A stretch of DNA of 64,000 nucleotides, taken from the IMG/VR virus record IMGVR_UViG_3300028590_000011, positions 1-64,000 of that record. The stretch is one strand, 5' to 3'. A model generated the notes under the pieces. It did no database searches, was not told the origin of the DNA, and saw only the letters and a program-made list of their open reading frames with translations. This document shows, piece by piece, positions 1-8,575 of this stretch; within the stretch, counting starts at the first letter, position 1; each line of letters opens with the position of its first letter. Made by a program: the position numbers and the translations under genes. Origin of the DNA: a virus.

Positions 1-754
1 GTGTGGGGCTCGGAGAAGGCGTAGGAGCTGTGGTCCCCCCGGTCCCGCTCTTCTTGGTCACGTCGATGTCGTAGAAGCCCGAGATAGGCCTGTGGTTGGA
101 GTTCTGCCTCGGCCACGCCTTGTAGCGCGCGAACTTGATCCGGCTGTCCGCTGCGTACCGACCAACGGCGTCGACGGTGTTGCGAGTGGTGGGCACCTGC
201 ATGTCCGCGTCGTCCCAGATGGTCATCATCTTGTTGTTGCGGAACAACTTGGTTGGATAGCGCCTCTGGTCGGGATCTACGTTGAGATCTCCTGCCCACG
301 TCACAGGGCCGTACTTCGCCCGGTTCTTGGTAGTGGCGATCAGATCCCCGCTGATCTTGTTCAAGCGCGCAGTGGTCTGGTCGGGAGCGATGGGGAAGTG
401 AGTAGCCACATGAGAGAGCACGATGCCTTCCCAGGCGTAGGTGACCCAGACGACGTAGCGCCCACCGAACCTGTCTGTGACGCTCCTGTACCTACCCTGG
501 TTGCGCATCCTGGCATGTCCATTGCGCAGCGCTACCTGGTTGGCTCCTGCGCCGATGATGGGTGTGTAGCCGTTGGCTCTGGCGAGAGAGCGCATGATCG
601 CGGCGTTCCCGTTGCCCATGGAGGTCTCGGTGAAGGAGACAACGTCGGGCTCCTTGGAGAAGGCGAACTCGAAGTCCTCGCGCGTCTGAGCGTTGGTGTC
701 AGGCGACTCCATCGAGAAGTGCATGACATGCAGACGCTTGATGGTCCTAGCCAT
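1..754 (-). CDS. Endonuclease/exonuclease/phosphatase (EEP) domain protein, runs off the window edge
   Basis: Own translation MARTIKRLHVMHFSMES...PDVVSFTE...WAGDLNVD...NSNHRPI, matching EEP motifs; Thr/Pro linker at the window edge; start overlaps the upstream stop. Confidence 0.7.
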   Translation of the reverse strand, partial: MARTIKRLHVMHFSMESPDTNAQTREDFEFAFSKEPDVVSFTETSMGNGNAAIMRSLARANGYTPIIGAGANQVALRNGHARMRNQGRYRSVTDRFGGRYVVWVTYAWEGIVLSHVATHFPIAPDQTTARLNKISGDLIATTKNRAKYGPVTWAGDLNVDPDQRRYPTKLFRNNKMMTIWDDADMQVPTTRNTVDAVGRYAADSRIKFARYKAWPRQNSNHRPISGFYDIDVTKKSGTGGTTAPTPSPSPT

Positions 755-1175
755 CTACGACGCTCTTCAGGGCGTCGATGTAGGACACTGCCTCTCCTCC
801 CACTACCAGCACCTGAGTGGTGTTGGTCGAGGTCGGCATGTCCATCTGGTTGAGCTTGGCTCGCTCACGGGTGATCTTCAGAGCAGTCTCGATGGCCTTC
901 AGGTCGCCGTAGTCGATCTGCGCCCAGATCTTGCTCAGGTAGTGGTCCAGGCGGGCGTTCTCCAGGGCCAGGAGCATCTGACGCTCCTCATCCCCCAGCA
1001 GCTGTGCTTCGTGCGTCAGCCGCCGCTGGACAGCCTGGTAGATGACGGCAGGAGTGGTGTGCAGCTCGGTTGCGATGTCAGAGGGCGACAGTCCCTGACG
1101 ACGCATCAGGTAGGCGACCTCGGCCATGTCCATCCCTTCGGAGGGGACTGGCAGGTTGGGCTCCTCGTCGCTCAT
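747..1175 (-). CDS. HTH DNA-binding protein, possible terminase small subunit
   Basis: MRRQGLSPSDIATEL HTH followed by LE..RLD....IW....GDLKAIE...KI...RAKL pattern. Confidence 0.6.
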   Translation of the reverse strand: MSDEEPNLPVPSEGMDMAEVAYLMRRQGLSPSDIATELHTTPAVIYQAVQRRLTHEAQLLGDEERQMLLALENARLDHYLSKIWAQIDYGDLKAIETALKITRERAKLNQMDMPTSTNTTQVLVVGGEAVSYIDALKSVVDG

Positions 1176-1620
1176 TGCGGACCACCTCTACGATCTCTTC
1201 GACTGTATGTCCTTCATTGTCCAACATGGCGAACAGTCGCTTCCTGGTGCGGCCACTCGTACCCGCCCACACGCCGTACTCCTCACGCTGAGTGAGTGCA
1301 TGTGTTAGGCACTCCACGAACACAGGACATGCATCACAGAGCTTGCTCGCACGACGTACCTGAGCGATGGACATCGTGGGTTGTTCAGTCTCATCTCCGA
1401 AGTACGCATCTACACCCTGATCTGCGCAGTGTGCTCTCTGCTGCCACTCTGGGTAGAGATCACTCAGTTGATATGAGACATAGCGCTCACTATCAGTGAT
1501 AGGTGTGTCATGTCCTGTGTTCAGTATGTGCTCATCCAGAGACTTCCAACGCGCGGTCTGCGATGAGGGTGCCGTAGTAGCCGATGCAGGCTGCGTCGAA
1601 GCGATCCTGGTCATATCCAC
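1078..1620 (-). CDS. whiB: WhiB family transcription factor (start uncertain)
   Basis: WQQRAHC...LCDACPV..EC...GVWAG: four Cys plus the G(V/I)WxG turn. Confidence 0.9.
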   Translation of the reverse strand: MDMTRIASTQPASATTAPSSQTARWKSLDEHILNTGHDTPITDSERYVSYQLSDLYPEWQQRAHCADQGVDAYFGDETEQPTMSIAQVRRASKLCDACPVFVECLTHALTQREEYGVWAGTSGRTRKRLFAMLDNEGHTVEEIVEVVRNERRGAQPASPLRRDGHGRGRLPDASSGTVAL

Positions 1621-2026
1621 ACAGAACAGCGTAAGCGCTATCGATGCTCGTGATGTGCTTCTGGATCAGATCCTTGCTCGCGTTTCCGTTGCGCAAGACT
1701 TCCTTCTTCCAGGTGCTGACGTTCACCGTATACACACCAAGTGTCATGTCTAGGGTGACCAGGTGGAGGTTGGCTAGGCACGCGCCCATCATCTGAGCCA
1801 ACTGGATGGAGTACTTCACGTTGTTCCCCAGCAGCGTCTCCTCGATAAAGACGTGGTCCACCTGATGTAGCCGTACAGCGTCAGTGAGGAAGTTGCTGAC
1901 CTCTTCCAGCTCTTCTCCCCGGCTGTTCCCCTCGTGCGTGAACGCCTCTGTGTGGGTGAGCAGCCAGTCATCCCAGACCGAGTACGCGATCTTCCTGATC
2001 CCGAGGTCTACGCCCATCACCTTCAT
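1532..2026 (-). CDS. ruvC: RuvC-like Holliday junction resolvase
   Basis: MGVDLG, VFIEE, WKK...GNASKD and D..DA motifs. Confidence 0.9.
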   Translation of the reverse strand: MKVMGVDLGIRKIAYSVWDDWLLTHTEAFTHEGNSRGEELEEVSNFLTDAVRLHQVDHVFIEETLLGNNVKYSIQLAQMMGACLANLHLVTLDMTLGVYTVNVSTWKKEVLRNGNASKDLIQKHITSIDSAYAVLCGYDQDRFDAACIGYYGTLIADRALEVSG

Positions 2027-2319
2027 TAGTGACTCCCGTGCTCGTTGGGATCTCCGAAGACCGCATCAGGGTGATCTCGCCAGTCCTCGTAGTCACCCCA
2101 ATCGTGGTCATAGTTACTCGCCCGAACGTCCTCGATGAACGGGTATATCTTCAGCTCAGGGATCAGCTCATCAGCCTCATCAGCGAGCAGACCTTTGAGC
2201 AAGCAGCCCTCAGCCCTTTCCCGGAGCTCCTCAGGCATAGCCCTGACCTGCAACATCCCCTCGATGTACTCCTCCTGTTTGGTAGTGGCTGAGTGTCCTC
2301 CCAGCTTCCCGAATCTCAC
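2026..2319 (-). CDS. Hypothetical protein
   Basis: ORF coupled to neighbours. Confidence 0.6.
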   Translation of the reverse strand: MRFGKLGGHSATTKQEEYIEGMLQVRAMPEELRERAEGCLLKGLLADEADELIPELKIYPFIEDVRASNYDHDWGDYEDWRDHPDAVFGDPNEHGSH

Positions 2320-2350
2320 AGCTCGTGATCTCCTACGTGGTCAGGACCAC

Positions 2351-2527
2351 TCATGCCAGTCCTCCATCATCGATCTCAGCCTCTGCGCCACAGTCGAGGC
2401 AGATGTACCGAGGTTTCTCGTAGAACCCCTGTGGGTTCACCCCCATGAACTTCTTGAAGTTCTTGATCTCTCCCGTCACAGGACAGACATGCTTGTACCT
2501 GATCCACACTGTCTTGCTGCGCGTCAT
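2351..2527 (-). CDS. Small putative Zn-binding protein (58 aa)
   Basis: Own translation MTRSKTVWIRYKHVCP...YICLDCG; below the ORF-track cutoff. Confidence 0.55.
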   Translation of the reverse strand: MTRSKTVWIRYKHVCPVTGEIKNFKKFMGVNPQGFYEKPRYICLDCGAEAEIDDGGLA

Positions 2528-2583
2528 GTGCTCACCCTATGCAAAAGTCACATCCTATACTGAGTGATCATATTCATCTCACC

Positions 2584-2799
2584 TCAGAGGTTGTTCCTCT
2601 TCCTATACATCCGGATGGCTGTCTCGCTCACTCCCGCGACTGAACCCAGACGAACGTTGCTGATCCTTGCGCGGATGCACTCCCTGAGGGCTTCGTTGTA
2701 CTCGGCCCTTGCTTGTTCGCGGCGGATCACTGCTGCCTCGAACCTGCTCAGTGGCTCTCGCTGCTCTTCAGTGACAGCGAGGTAGTCCTGGATCTTCAT
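2584..2799 (-). CDS. Small HTH protein
   Basis: ISNVRLGSVAGVSETAIR HTH-like segment. Confidence 0.6.
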   Translation of the reverse strand: MKIQDYLAVTEEQREPLSRFEAAVIRREQARAEYNEALRECIRARISNVRLGSVAGVSETAIRMYRKRNNL

Positions 2800-3017
2800 T
2801 CGTTACCCTCCGATGCCGTGGTCTGCTGCCTTATCGGCTTCACCATCGAGGACATGTACTCGTCGTAGGTCTGTCGCGCTATCTGCTCGGGTGGGTCGAT
2901 GTGGTCGGCTGTCGTGCGGAGGATGGCTGCCAGTGCCTTGGGGTGGATATCACCCACCAGCTTCAGCACCTGCTCCTCTTCGTCATCGTCGTAGATCGTG
3001 AGGTCGACGTTGTACAT
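2796..3017 (-). CDS. Hypothetical protein
   Basis: Overlapping start/stop with neighbours. Confidence 0.6.
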   Translation of the reverse strand: MYNVDLTIYDDDEEEQVLKLVGDIHPKALAAILRTTADHIDPPEQIARQTYDEYMSSMVKPIRQQTTASEGNE

Positions 3018-3424
3018 CAGTAGTTGTCTCCTGCGTCGTAGCGCTGCTCACTGAGCAACGCTTCCTGGGTGAGTCGCCTGCTCCCGAGGTCAGCCATCTT
3101 CTTGCTCATCTCGATGAAGCTCCTCAGTTGTCCTGTGCGGAACTTGTACAGCGGGTGTCCCCGGATCACCCGGTTGTGGCTCTCCTCCCAAAGGATCATC
3201 ATCTCGATCTCCAGGGCTCGCGCGTGGTACGCGGAAGCGATCTCCATCAGGGAGAGGTAGGGACTGTCTACGGGCGGATCTACTCGGCCCAGCAGTACGT
3301 CGGTGTAGCTCAGCAACTCGTCGTAGAGCGCGTCTACATCCTCCAGACCCTTGCTCACCGGAACCTCAGTGAGCCTGCGCCCGAACTGAACGTGTGAGGG
3401 AGCCCTAACTACCCTGATGGCCAT
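3017..3424 (-). CDS. Hypothetical protein
   Basis: Coupled ORF, phage-like codon usage. Confidence 0.7.
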   Translation of the reverse strand: MAIRVVRAPSHVQFGRRLTEVPVSKGLEDVDALYDELLSYTDVLLGRVDPPVDSPYLSLMEIASAYHARALEIEMMILWEESHNRVIRGHPLYKFRTGQLRSFIEMSKKMADLGSRRLTQEALLSEQRYDAGDNY

Positions 3425-3632
3425 TGTCGTGCTTCTCCAGGTACTCGTTGAGATCCTTCAGCTCGATCTCGTGGATGGTCTTGTAGGGGACTGTGTGGTG
3501 GAAGATCGCGTGCACCATCCACCCCGCGTTCATCACCTTCAGCAGGCCGTGCTTCTTGGTGAGCGACTGCTCCAAGAGCATCTCCAGCACGCGCTCCTCG
3601 GCTTCCTTCTTCTGCTTGATGTAGTCGATCAC
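3405..3632 (-). CDS. Hypothetical protein
   Basis: GTG start overlapping the upstream TGA. Confidence 0.6.
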   Translation of the reverse strand: MIDYIKQKKEAEERVLEMLLEQSLTKKHGLLKVMNAGWMVHAIFHHTVPYKTIHEIELKDLNEYLEKHDNGHQGS

Positions 3633-3853
3633 CTGAGCGCGGCCCTCAACTTGGACATCTCCCTCTCGTCCTCCAGACCTTCCCGATAGCCCTCTGAGTA
3701 GAGCTCCTGGAGCGGCTGTGTACGCCCGGTGTGTAGATACCTGGCGTTCTTCCCGGAAGTCGTCACACACCACTTGCCCGGAGCGCTCTGGCAGTAGGTA
3801 CACCTGATCCACCTGACTGCGAGGACCTCGATCTTGTCCCACCAGTCGCTCAT
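3629..3853 (-). CDS. Small Zn-finger protein
   Basis: CTYC...C...H pattern. Confidence 0.6.
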   Translation of the reverse strand: MSDWWDKIEVLAVRWIRCTYCQSAPGKWCVTTSGKNARYLHTGRTQPLQELYSEGYREGLEDEREMSKLRAALR

Positions 3854-4044
3854 CGCTCATCCACGATCAGCTTGAAGTAGACCCAAGTGCCCGTCGCGAA
3901 GATCGCCAGACGACCGCCGAGCTTGTCGGAGAAGATGAGGTTGTTCGCTCCGTCAGTGTGGACGTTGTCAGCGCTCACCTGCGCGTTGTACTTGCGGTGG
4001 CTGTTGCCCGAGGGCTCGTTGACGCGAATCTTGTAGGTCTTCAC
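3850..4044 (-). CDS. Hypothetical protein
   Basis: GTGA overlap with the Cas4-like stop. Confidence 0.6.
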   Translation of the reverse strand: MKTYKIRVNEPSGNSHRKYNAQVSADNVHTDGANNLIFSDKLGGRLAIFATGTWVYFKLIVDER

Positions 4045-4811
4045 TCTGCGATCTCCTTGGCGTGGTTGTAGTTCTTGACCTTCAGGCAGCGGTCCCGGAA
4101 GGGACAGCCGCTGTACTGATAGCCCGAGCCCTCGACGCACTTGTCCAAGGGCTCGGGGAGCGTCTCACTGTCGATCAGCCCCCAGATCTGGTCAGTGATC
4201 AACTCAATGTCACGGATCAGTTCGTCATCGATGTTCACGACGAACTCGCGGTACTCCTGTGTGTCCTTGTCCTCGTAGATCACCACGGCCTTGTCGTTGT
4301 CTGTTGCTGCGCCGTAGGTGCCTACCTGGAACTTGTGCTCCTCCTTCACCCCGAAGCTGTTCACGCCCCGGAACCCATTCGAGTTGATGCTCTTCAACTC
4401 CACGATGGAGCCGTCGTACGCGATGCCGTCCTGTGTCCCGGACAGGCGGTACTTGTTCTCACCCACCGGCACTTCAGCCGCGAGCAGCCAGCCCTCAGTC
4501 AGCCCAGCCATCTGCCACCTGATGTGGACGAACGTGCCGTTCTGGAAGATGCCAGAGGTCTTGGGGCTGGGCGGGAGCTCGGTGAACCCGAGGAAGGTGA
4601 AGATCTGCCTGCGCCTACACGAGCCGAGCGAGGAGGCGCTGATGGTCCCCTTACGGTTGCGCGGATACCCCTGGAGGTACAGCTGCTCCTGCGCAAAGCG
4701 AATAGCCTCAGGGGAGTAGGCAGGGTTGGAGTTCTTCTTCATCCACTGGTCGTGGCGTGGCGATACGACGAGCTCAGGCCGCTGATGCTTCATCAGTTCA
4801 CCGAACTTCAC
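4041..4811 (-). CDS. Cas4-like PD-(D/E)XK exonuclease
   Basis: SASSLGSC, GTFVH, G..DG...IVELKS, Q...Y and a C-terminal C..(Y)..CPF...C Fe-S Cys cluster. Confidence 0.85.
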   Translation of the reverse strand: MKFGELMKHQRPELVVSPRHDQWMKKNSNPAYSPEAIRFAQEQLYLQGYPRNRKGTISASSLGSCRRRQIFTFLGFTELPPSPKTSGIFQNGTFVHIRWQMAGLTEGWLLAAEVPVGENKYRLSGTQDGIAYDGSIVELKSINSNGFRGVNSFGVKEEHKFQVGTYGAATDNDKAVVIYEDKDTQEYREFVVNIDDELIRDIELITDQIWGLIDSETLPEPLDKCVEGSGYQYSGCPFRDRCLKVKNYNHAKEIAE

Positions 4812-5008
4812 TTGGTCTCCTCTCCGATCTCGTTCCACAGCTTCATGAAGTCGTTCAGCCTCATCTGTTTGAAACCGGTGTAGATGATCTGCACATGGCT
4901 GTTGGTGGAGATCTCGCACTCGACGTTGGTGATCTCCAGTGGGTCGAGACCCAGCCTGCGGGCGAACGCGAGCTTGATCTCCTTCTCTCGTTCGGCGTCC
5001 ATCTCCAT
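4808..5008 (-). CDS. Hypothetical protein
   Basis: ORF directly downstream of a predicted promoter. Confidence 0.6.
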   Translation of the reverse strand: MEMDAEREKEIKLAFARRLGLDPLEITNVECEISTNSHVQIIYTGFKQMRLNDFMKLWNEIGEETK

Positions 5009-5014
5009 GCCTAG

Positions 5015-5043
5015 AACCTAGTCGTCTGTTCGTTCGAGCACAA
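5015..5043 (-). promoter_or_regulatory. Sigma-A-type promoter TTGTGC-N17-TAGGTT, probably leaderless
   Basis: -10 ends 6 nt before the ATG at 5008. Confidence 0.6.
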
Positions 5044-5066
5044 GGGTTTGAGGAGGATGAGTTGTA

Positions 5067-5264
5067 CTAGTTTCTGCTGCGTGCCTTCGCCCCCTTGTTG
5101 ACGGCACGCGGGGTGTGCCCGAAGTGGAAGTAGTTACCGCACCTGTAGACCGACATCCGGTCGTTGGGGAAGCGCAGGATCACGTACTTCTTGGCTGCCT
5201 TGCGGCTCTTGAAGCGAAGCTTCCCGCAAGTCACGCACTTGCCAACGTGCGCAGGTAGGGACAT
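5067..5264 (-). CDS. Small basic Cys/His protein
   Basis: CVTCGKLRF...YRC...FH pattern. Confidence 0.6.
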   Translation of the reverse strand: MSLPAHVGKCVTCGKLRFKSRKAAKKYVILRFPNDRMSVYRCGNYFHFGHTPRAVNKGAKARSRN

Positions 5265-5348
5265 CAGTCCTCCTCGTGTCTCCGTTCACAGTCACGCGCG
5301 AGACCCGGCACTGCCTTCATCTCACCGCAGTAGCCGCACCGCCACAGG

Positions 5349-5645
5349 TCATCGTGGGTACTTGGCTGTGAGGTACTCGTCCGAGCCTGAGTACTGCGGT
5401 CGTCCGTCTGGTCCTGAGATGACTGAACCATCGATGAGTAGTCCGTTCTCGAATGCTTGACCGAAGTCATGTGCTGCCATGTGGTGCCTGTGGCACAGGT
5501 TGATCAGGTGGTAAGTCTCACCAGCCCTGTCGAGGATCTCTCCTCCCCGTGCTCTGGTCAGTCTGTGATGCAGTTCAGTTGGCCTCCTTCCACACCTTGT
5601 CCACACTCCTGTGGATAACTGGATCATCGCCTCGCACCACCTCAC
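5349..5645 (-). CDS. HNH endonuclease
   Basis: C...C...ELHHRL.R..GG...NLCHRHH. Confidence 0.8.
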   Translation of the reverse strand: MRWCEAMIQLSTGVWTRCGRRPTELHHRLTRARGGEILDRAGETYHLINLCHRHHMAAHDFGQAFENGLLIDGSVISGPDGRPQYSGSDEYLTAKYPR

Positions 5646-8344
5646 AGCCCGCTCAGGGCTCCTCCGTCGATGAGGGCCTTGACGACTCCGGTGAGGTCTT
5701 CTCGGTTGCCGGTCTTGGTGTACTCCTTACCTCGGGAGATTGGGCGCGCGGGGGCACGCTCCAGGAGATCATCGAGGTCTCGGTAAGGGGCAAGGTCAGC
5801 CAGAACCTGTGCTGATCGCTCTCCGACACCATCGATACTGCGGAGGCCCTTGCGGATGGCTCCTCGCTGCTTGTCGACGGTGTAGGTGTCTCCGGACACA
5901 TTGACATGAGGCGATAGAACACGGACTCCCCGTCGTCGGGTGGCGCGGAGGTAGCCAGGTTCCTTCTTGTCTCCTGCTGCAACCGCCAGGAGCGCAGCGT
6001 GGAACTCCACGGGGTGCCGAGCAGCGAGGTAGGCACATCGATACGCCGTAATGCCGTAGACAGTCGCGTGAGCACGGTTGAAGCCATACTCAGCGAAGCC
6101 AGCGATAGCCTCGTCCAGGAACTGCATGTCTTCATCGTTGAAGCCCTTCTCGTGGCACTTCTCGTTGATCCACTGCTGGTAGCCCTTGATGACCTCGCCT
6201 GCCGAGCCAATGTCCTTGTTCGAGGCCTTGACCGCCTTCAAGAACTTGGTGAGGTTCTCCGGGTCCATGCCCAGACCACGCAACATGTCGATCACCTGCT
6301 CCTGGTAGAGCAGCACGCCATAGGTGGGCTTGGTGATGTTCATGAGCATCTCGTGACGCTCAGGGACCTGCTCGCCCGAGTTCTTGCGGCGGATGTAGGC
6401 CTTGGTGCCACCCGAGTTCATCGTGGCCGGGCGGAACAGGGCCATGGCCGCGATCACGTCCTTGATGTGGGTAGGCTTCATGTCCTTGCAACCCCACTTG
6501 GATGAGCCACCCTCCAGCTGGAAGATGCCCTCGGTGCTGCCCGACTTGATGAGCTGGAAGGTAGGTGCGTCCTTGTACTCAATGTTCTCCAGCTCCTCGA
6601 TGGGCAGGCCGAGGTTGTCCATGCACCTGCGGATCACCGTGAGTGTCTTCGAGCCCAGCACGTCGAGCTTGACCAGGCCCAGCGCTTCGATCTGGTCCTT
6701 CGAGTACTGAGTGACGTACCCCGAGTTGCCTCCAGCCCGAGCCATGTAGGCCAGCGGCACGAGGCGATCGAACTCAGCGGGAGAGGACGTGAGCACCACA
6801 CCTGCTGCGTTGGTGCCCATGCCCTTGTAGAGATGACGCTCAGCCAGGTCATGGAGCATGGCCTTGTCCTCGTCCGGAACCTCTTCCCAGGTCTCAGGCG
6901 GGCTCTCATACTTCTTCGCGGCACTGAAGTAGCGGACACGCAGCGAGCCCTTGTCGCCCGTCTCCTCGTCAGCCTCCAGTGAGTAGACAGCCCACGAGCC
7001 GATCTGGTGCGCGGTGAACTTGGTGTCGAGCCACGCGATGATCTCCTCACGACGGTCGTGAGCGATGTCCAGGTCGATGTCAGGAGGCTTGGTGCGGTCC
7101 TTGGAGAGGAAGCGCTCGAACCTCAAGTCCCACTTGATCGGGTCCACGTTGGAGATGCCCAGCAGCCAGCACACCACCGAGCCAGCAGCAGAGCCACGCG
7201 TCTGGAACACAATGCCGTTCTCACGCATGTAGTCGGTCACCTGCGCGACCAGCATCATGTAGCCCGCCATCTCGGAGAACTTGATGACCTCGAACTCCTC
7301 CTCCAACTTGGCGACGTGCTTAGCGCTCAGCTTCTTCTCAGCCAGAGCCGTACGGCAGCGCTGCTCCATCACGTACTGAGGGTTCATCACCACCTCAGGC
7401 ACCGAGTAGGAGTAGGAGTCCAGCACCGGGATGGAGAGCGTGTGCCTGCTCAGCAGGTGTTCAAGACCTTCAACTCCGCGCTCGTAGCGCTTGGCGTGGT
7501 GGTGGTCCTGCATCCACTGGTCGTCAACCATGTGGAAGCCGTCACCAGGGAACACAGCGTCGTCCGGGTCAGGACCGAAGGAGATGAGTCGCTTCAGTGA
7601 CTCGTGCGCGCCACGGTCCTCAGGCTCCACATAGTGGGAGTCCTGCGTGAGGACACACGGCAGCCCCATCTCGTCAGCGATAGCCATCATCGCGTCCGAG
7701 GCCACGTCGTCGCTCCACTCATCATCGTGGTCGATGTTGTGGTTCTGGAGTTCCACATACACCGAGTCCGGGAACCACTGGCTGAGTGTGGCCAGAAAGC
7801 GCTGGGTGACCTCGGGGCCCTGCTTCTCCAGGGTCTGCATCGCGTAGCCGAAGTGACAACCGGTGGTGAGCGCGATGCCCTTGGTCTTACCGTCTTCAGC
7901 CAGTTGAGCCAGCAGCGCATAGTCGAGCGTGGGCTTGTGGAAGTGGTTCTTGTGGCTCAGCGTGGAGAGGGTAACGAGGTTCTCGTACCCCTCAGTGGTG
8001 TAAGCCAGCACGCCCATATGGAAGCGCTCAGCCTTCTTGTGTTTGTTCGCATAGTCCTTGCGGTACTGAGCCAGGTCAGGCACGAAGTACAGCTCGGAGC
8101 CAGGGAACGGAGCGATCCCGGCCTTCTTGCAGGCCAGGTAGAGCTCCACAGAACCAGCCATGTTGCCGTGGTCGGTGAGACCTACAGCCTTCTGGCCGAA
8201 CGACACCGCCTTGTCCACGATCGCTTCCACAGAGGGCATCGCGTCGTTGACCGAGTACCGAGAGTGCGTGTGCGCGCTCCAGTACCGTGCCTCAGACTGA
8301 GACCGGACGATCTTCAGCCGAGGACTTGAACGAAGAATCTTCAC
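5642..8344 (-). CDS. dnaE: DNA polymerase III alpha subunit-like (family C)
   Basis: PHP motifs HTHSRYS, TDHG and DSHY; RGSAAGS; PPDIDLD; KLDVLG; GIFQLE; YGFNRAH; GTG start after AAGGAGG. Confidence 0.95.
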   Translation of the reverse strand: MKILRSSPRLKIVRSQSEARYWSAHTHSRYSVNDAMPSVEAIVDKAVSFGQKAVGLTDHGNMAGSVELYLACKKAGIAPFPGSELYFVPDLAQYRKDYANKHKKAERFHMGVLAYTTEGYENLVTLSTLSHKNHFHKPTLDYALLAQLAEDGKTKGIALTTGCHFGYAMQTLEKQGPEVTQRFLATLSQWFPDSVYVELQNHNIDHDDEWSDDVASDAMMAIADEMGLPCVLTQDSHYVEPEDRGAHESLKRLISFGPDPDDAVFPGDGFHMVDDQWMQDHHHAKRYERGVEGLEHLLSRHTLSIPVLDSYSYSVPEVVMNPQYVMEQRCRTALAEKKLSAKHVAKLEEEFEVIKFSEMAGYMMLVAQVTDYMRENGIVFQTRGSAAGSVVCWLLGISNVDPIKWDLRFERFLSKDRTKPPDIDLDIAHDRREEIIAWLDTKFTAHQIGSWAVYSLEADEETGDKGSLRVRYFSAAKKYESPPETWEEVPDEDKAMLHDLAERHLYKGMGTNAAGVVLTSSPAEFDRLVPLAYMARAGGNSGYVTQYSKDQIEALGLVKLDVLGSKTLTVIRRCMDNLGLPIEELENIEYKDAPTFQLIKSGSTEGIFQLEGGSSKWGCKDMKPTHIKDVIAAMALFRPATMNSGGTKAYIRRKNSGEQVPERHEMLMNITKPTYGVLLYQEQVIDMLRGLGMDPENLTKFLKAVKASNKDIGSAGEVIKGYQQWINEKCHEKGFNDEDMQFLDEAIAGFAEYGFNRAHATVYGITAYRCAYLAARHPVEFHAALLAVAAGDKKEPGYLRATRRRGVRVLSPHVNVSGDTYTVDKQRGAIRKGLRSIDGVGERSAQVLADLAPYRDLDDLLERAPARPISRGKEYTKTGNREDLTGVVKALIDGGALSGL

Positions 8345-8446
8345 GTTCTCCTCCTTGACCAGTGGGTGGGGCGTTGCAGCACCTAGCCGACGAGCTATTG
8401 ATGGTGTCTTCCCCTTACACCCCACCCACTGGCGTCATGGGCGGTA

Positions 8447-8575
8447 CTACCTAGCCTTGCGCGCCTTGATCCGCTTCTTCCCAGGAAGACTCCGGTCGCG
8501 GTCACGCTTCTCACGGGGCTGCACAGGCAGATCCCGGTCCATGTACCTCATCACGAGGCTCTCACCGGTAGCCAT
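8447..8575 (-). CDS. Small basic protein
   Basis: ATG overlaps the SSB stop. Confidence 0.5.
   Translation of the reverse strand: MATGESLVMRYMDRDLPVQPREKRDRDRSLPGKKRIKARKAR

Noticed and set aside
4041-4811. Cas4-like gene as evidence of a CRISPR-Cas system
   Set aside because: No repeat-spacer array or other cas genes; stand-alone Cas4-like nucleases are common in phage replication modules
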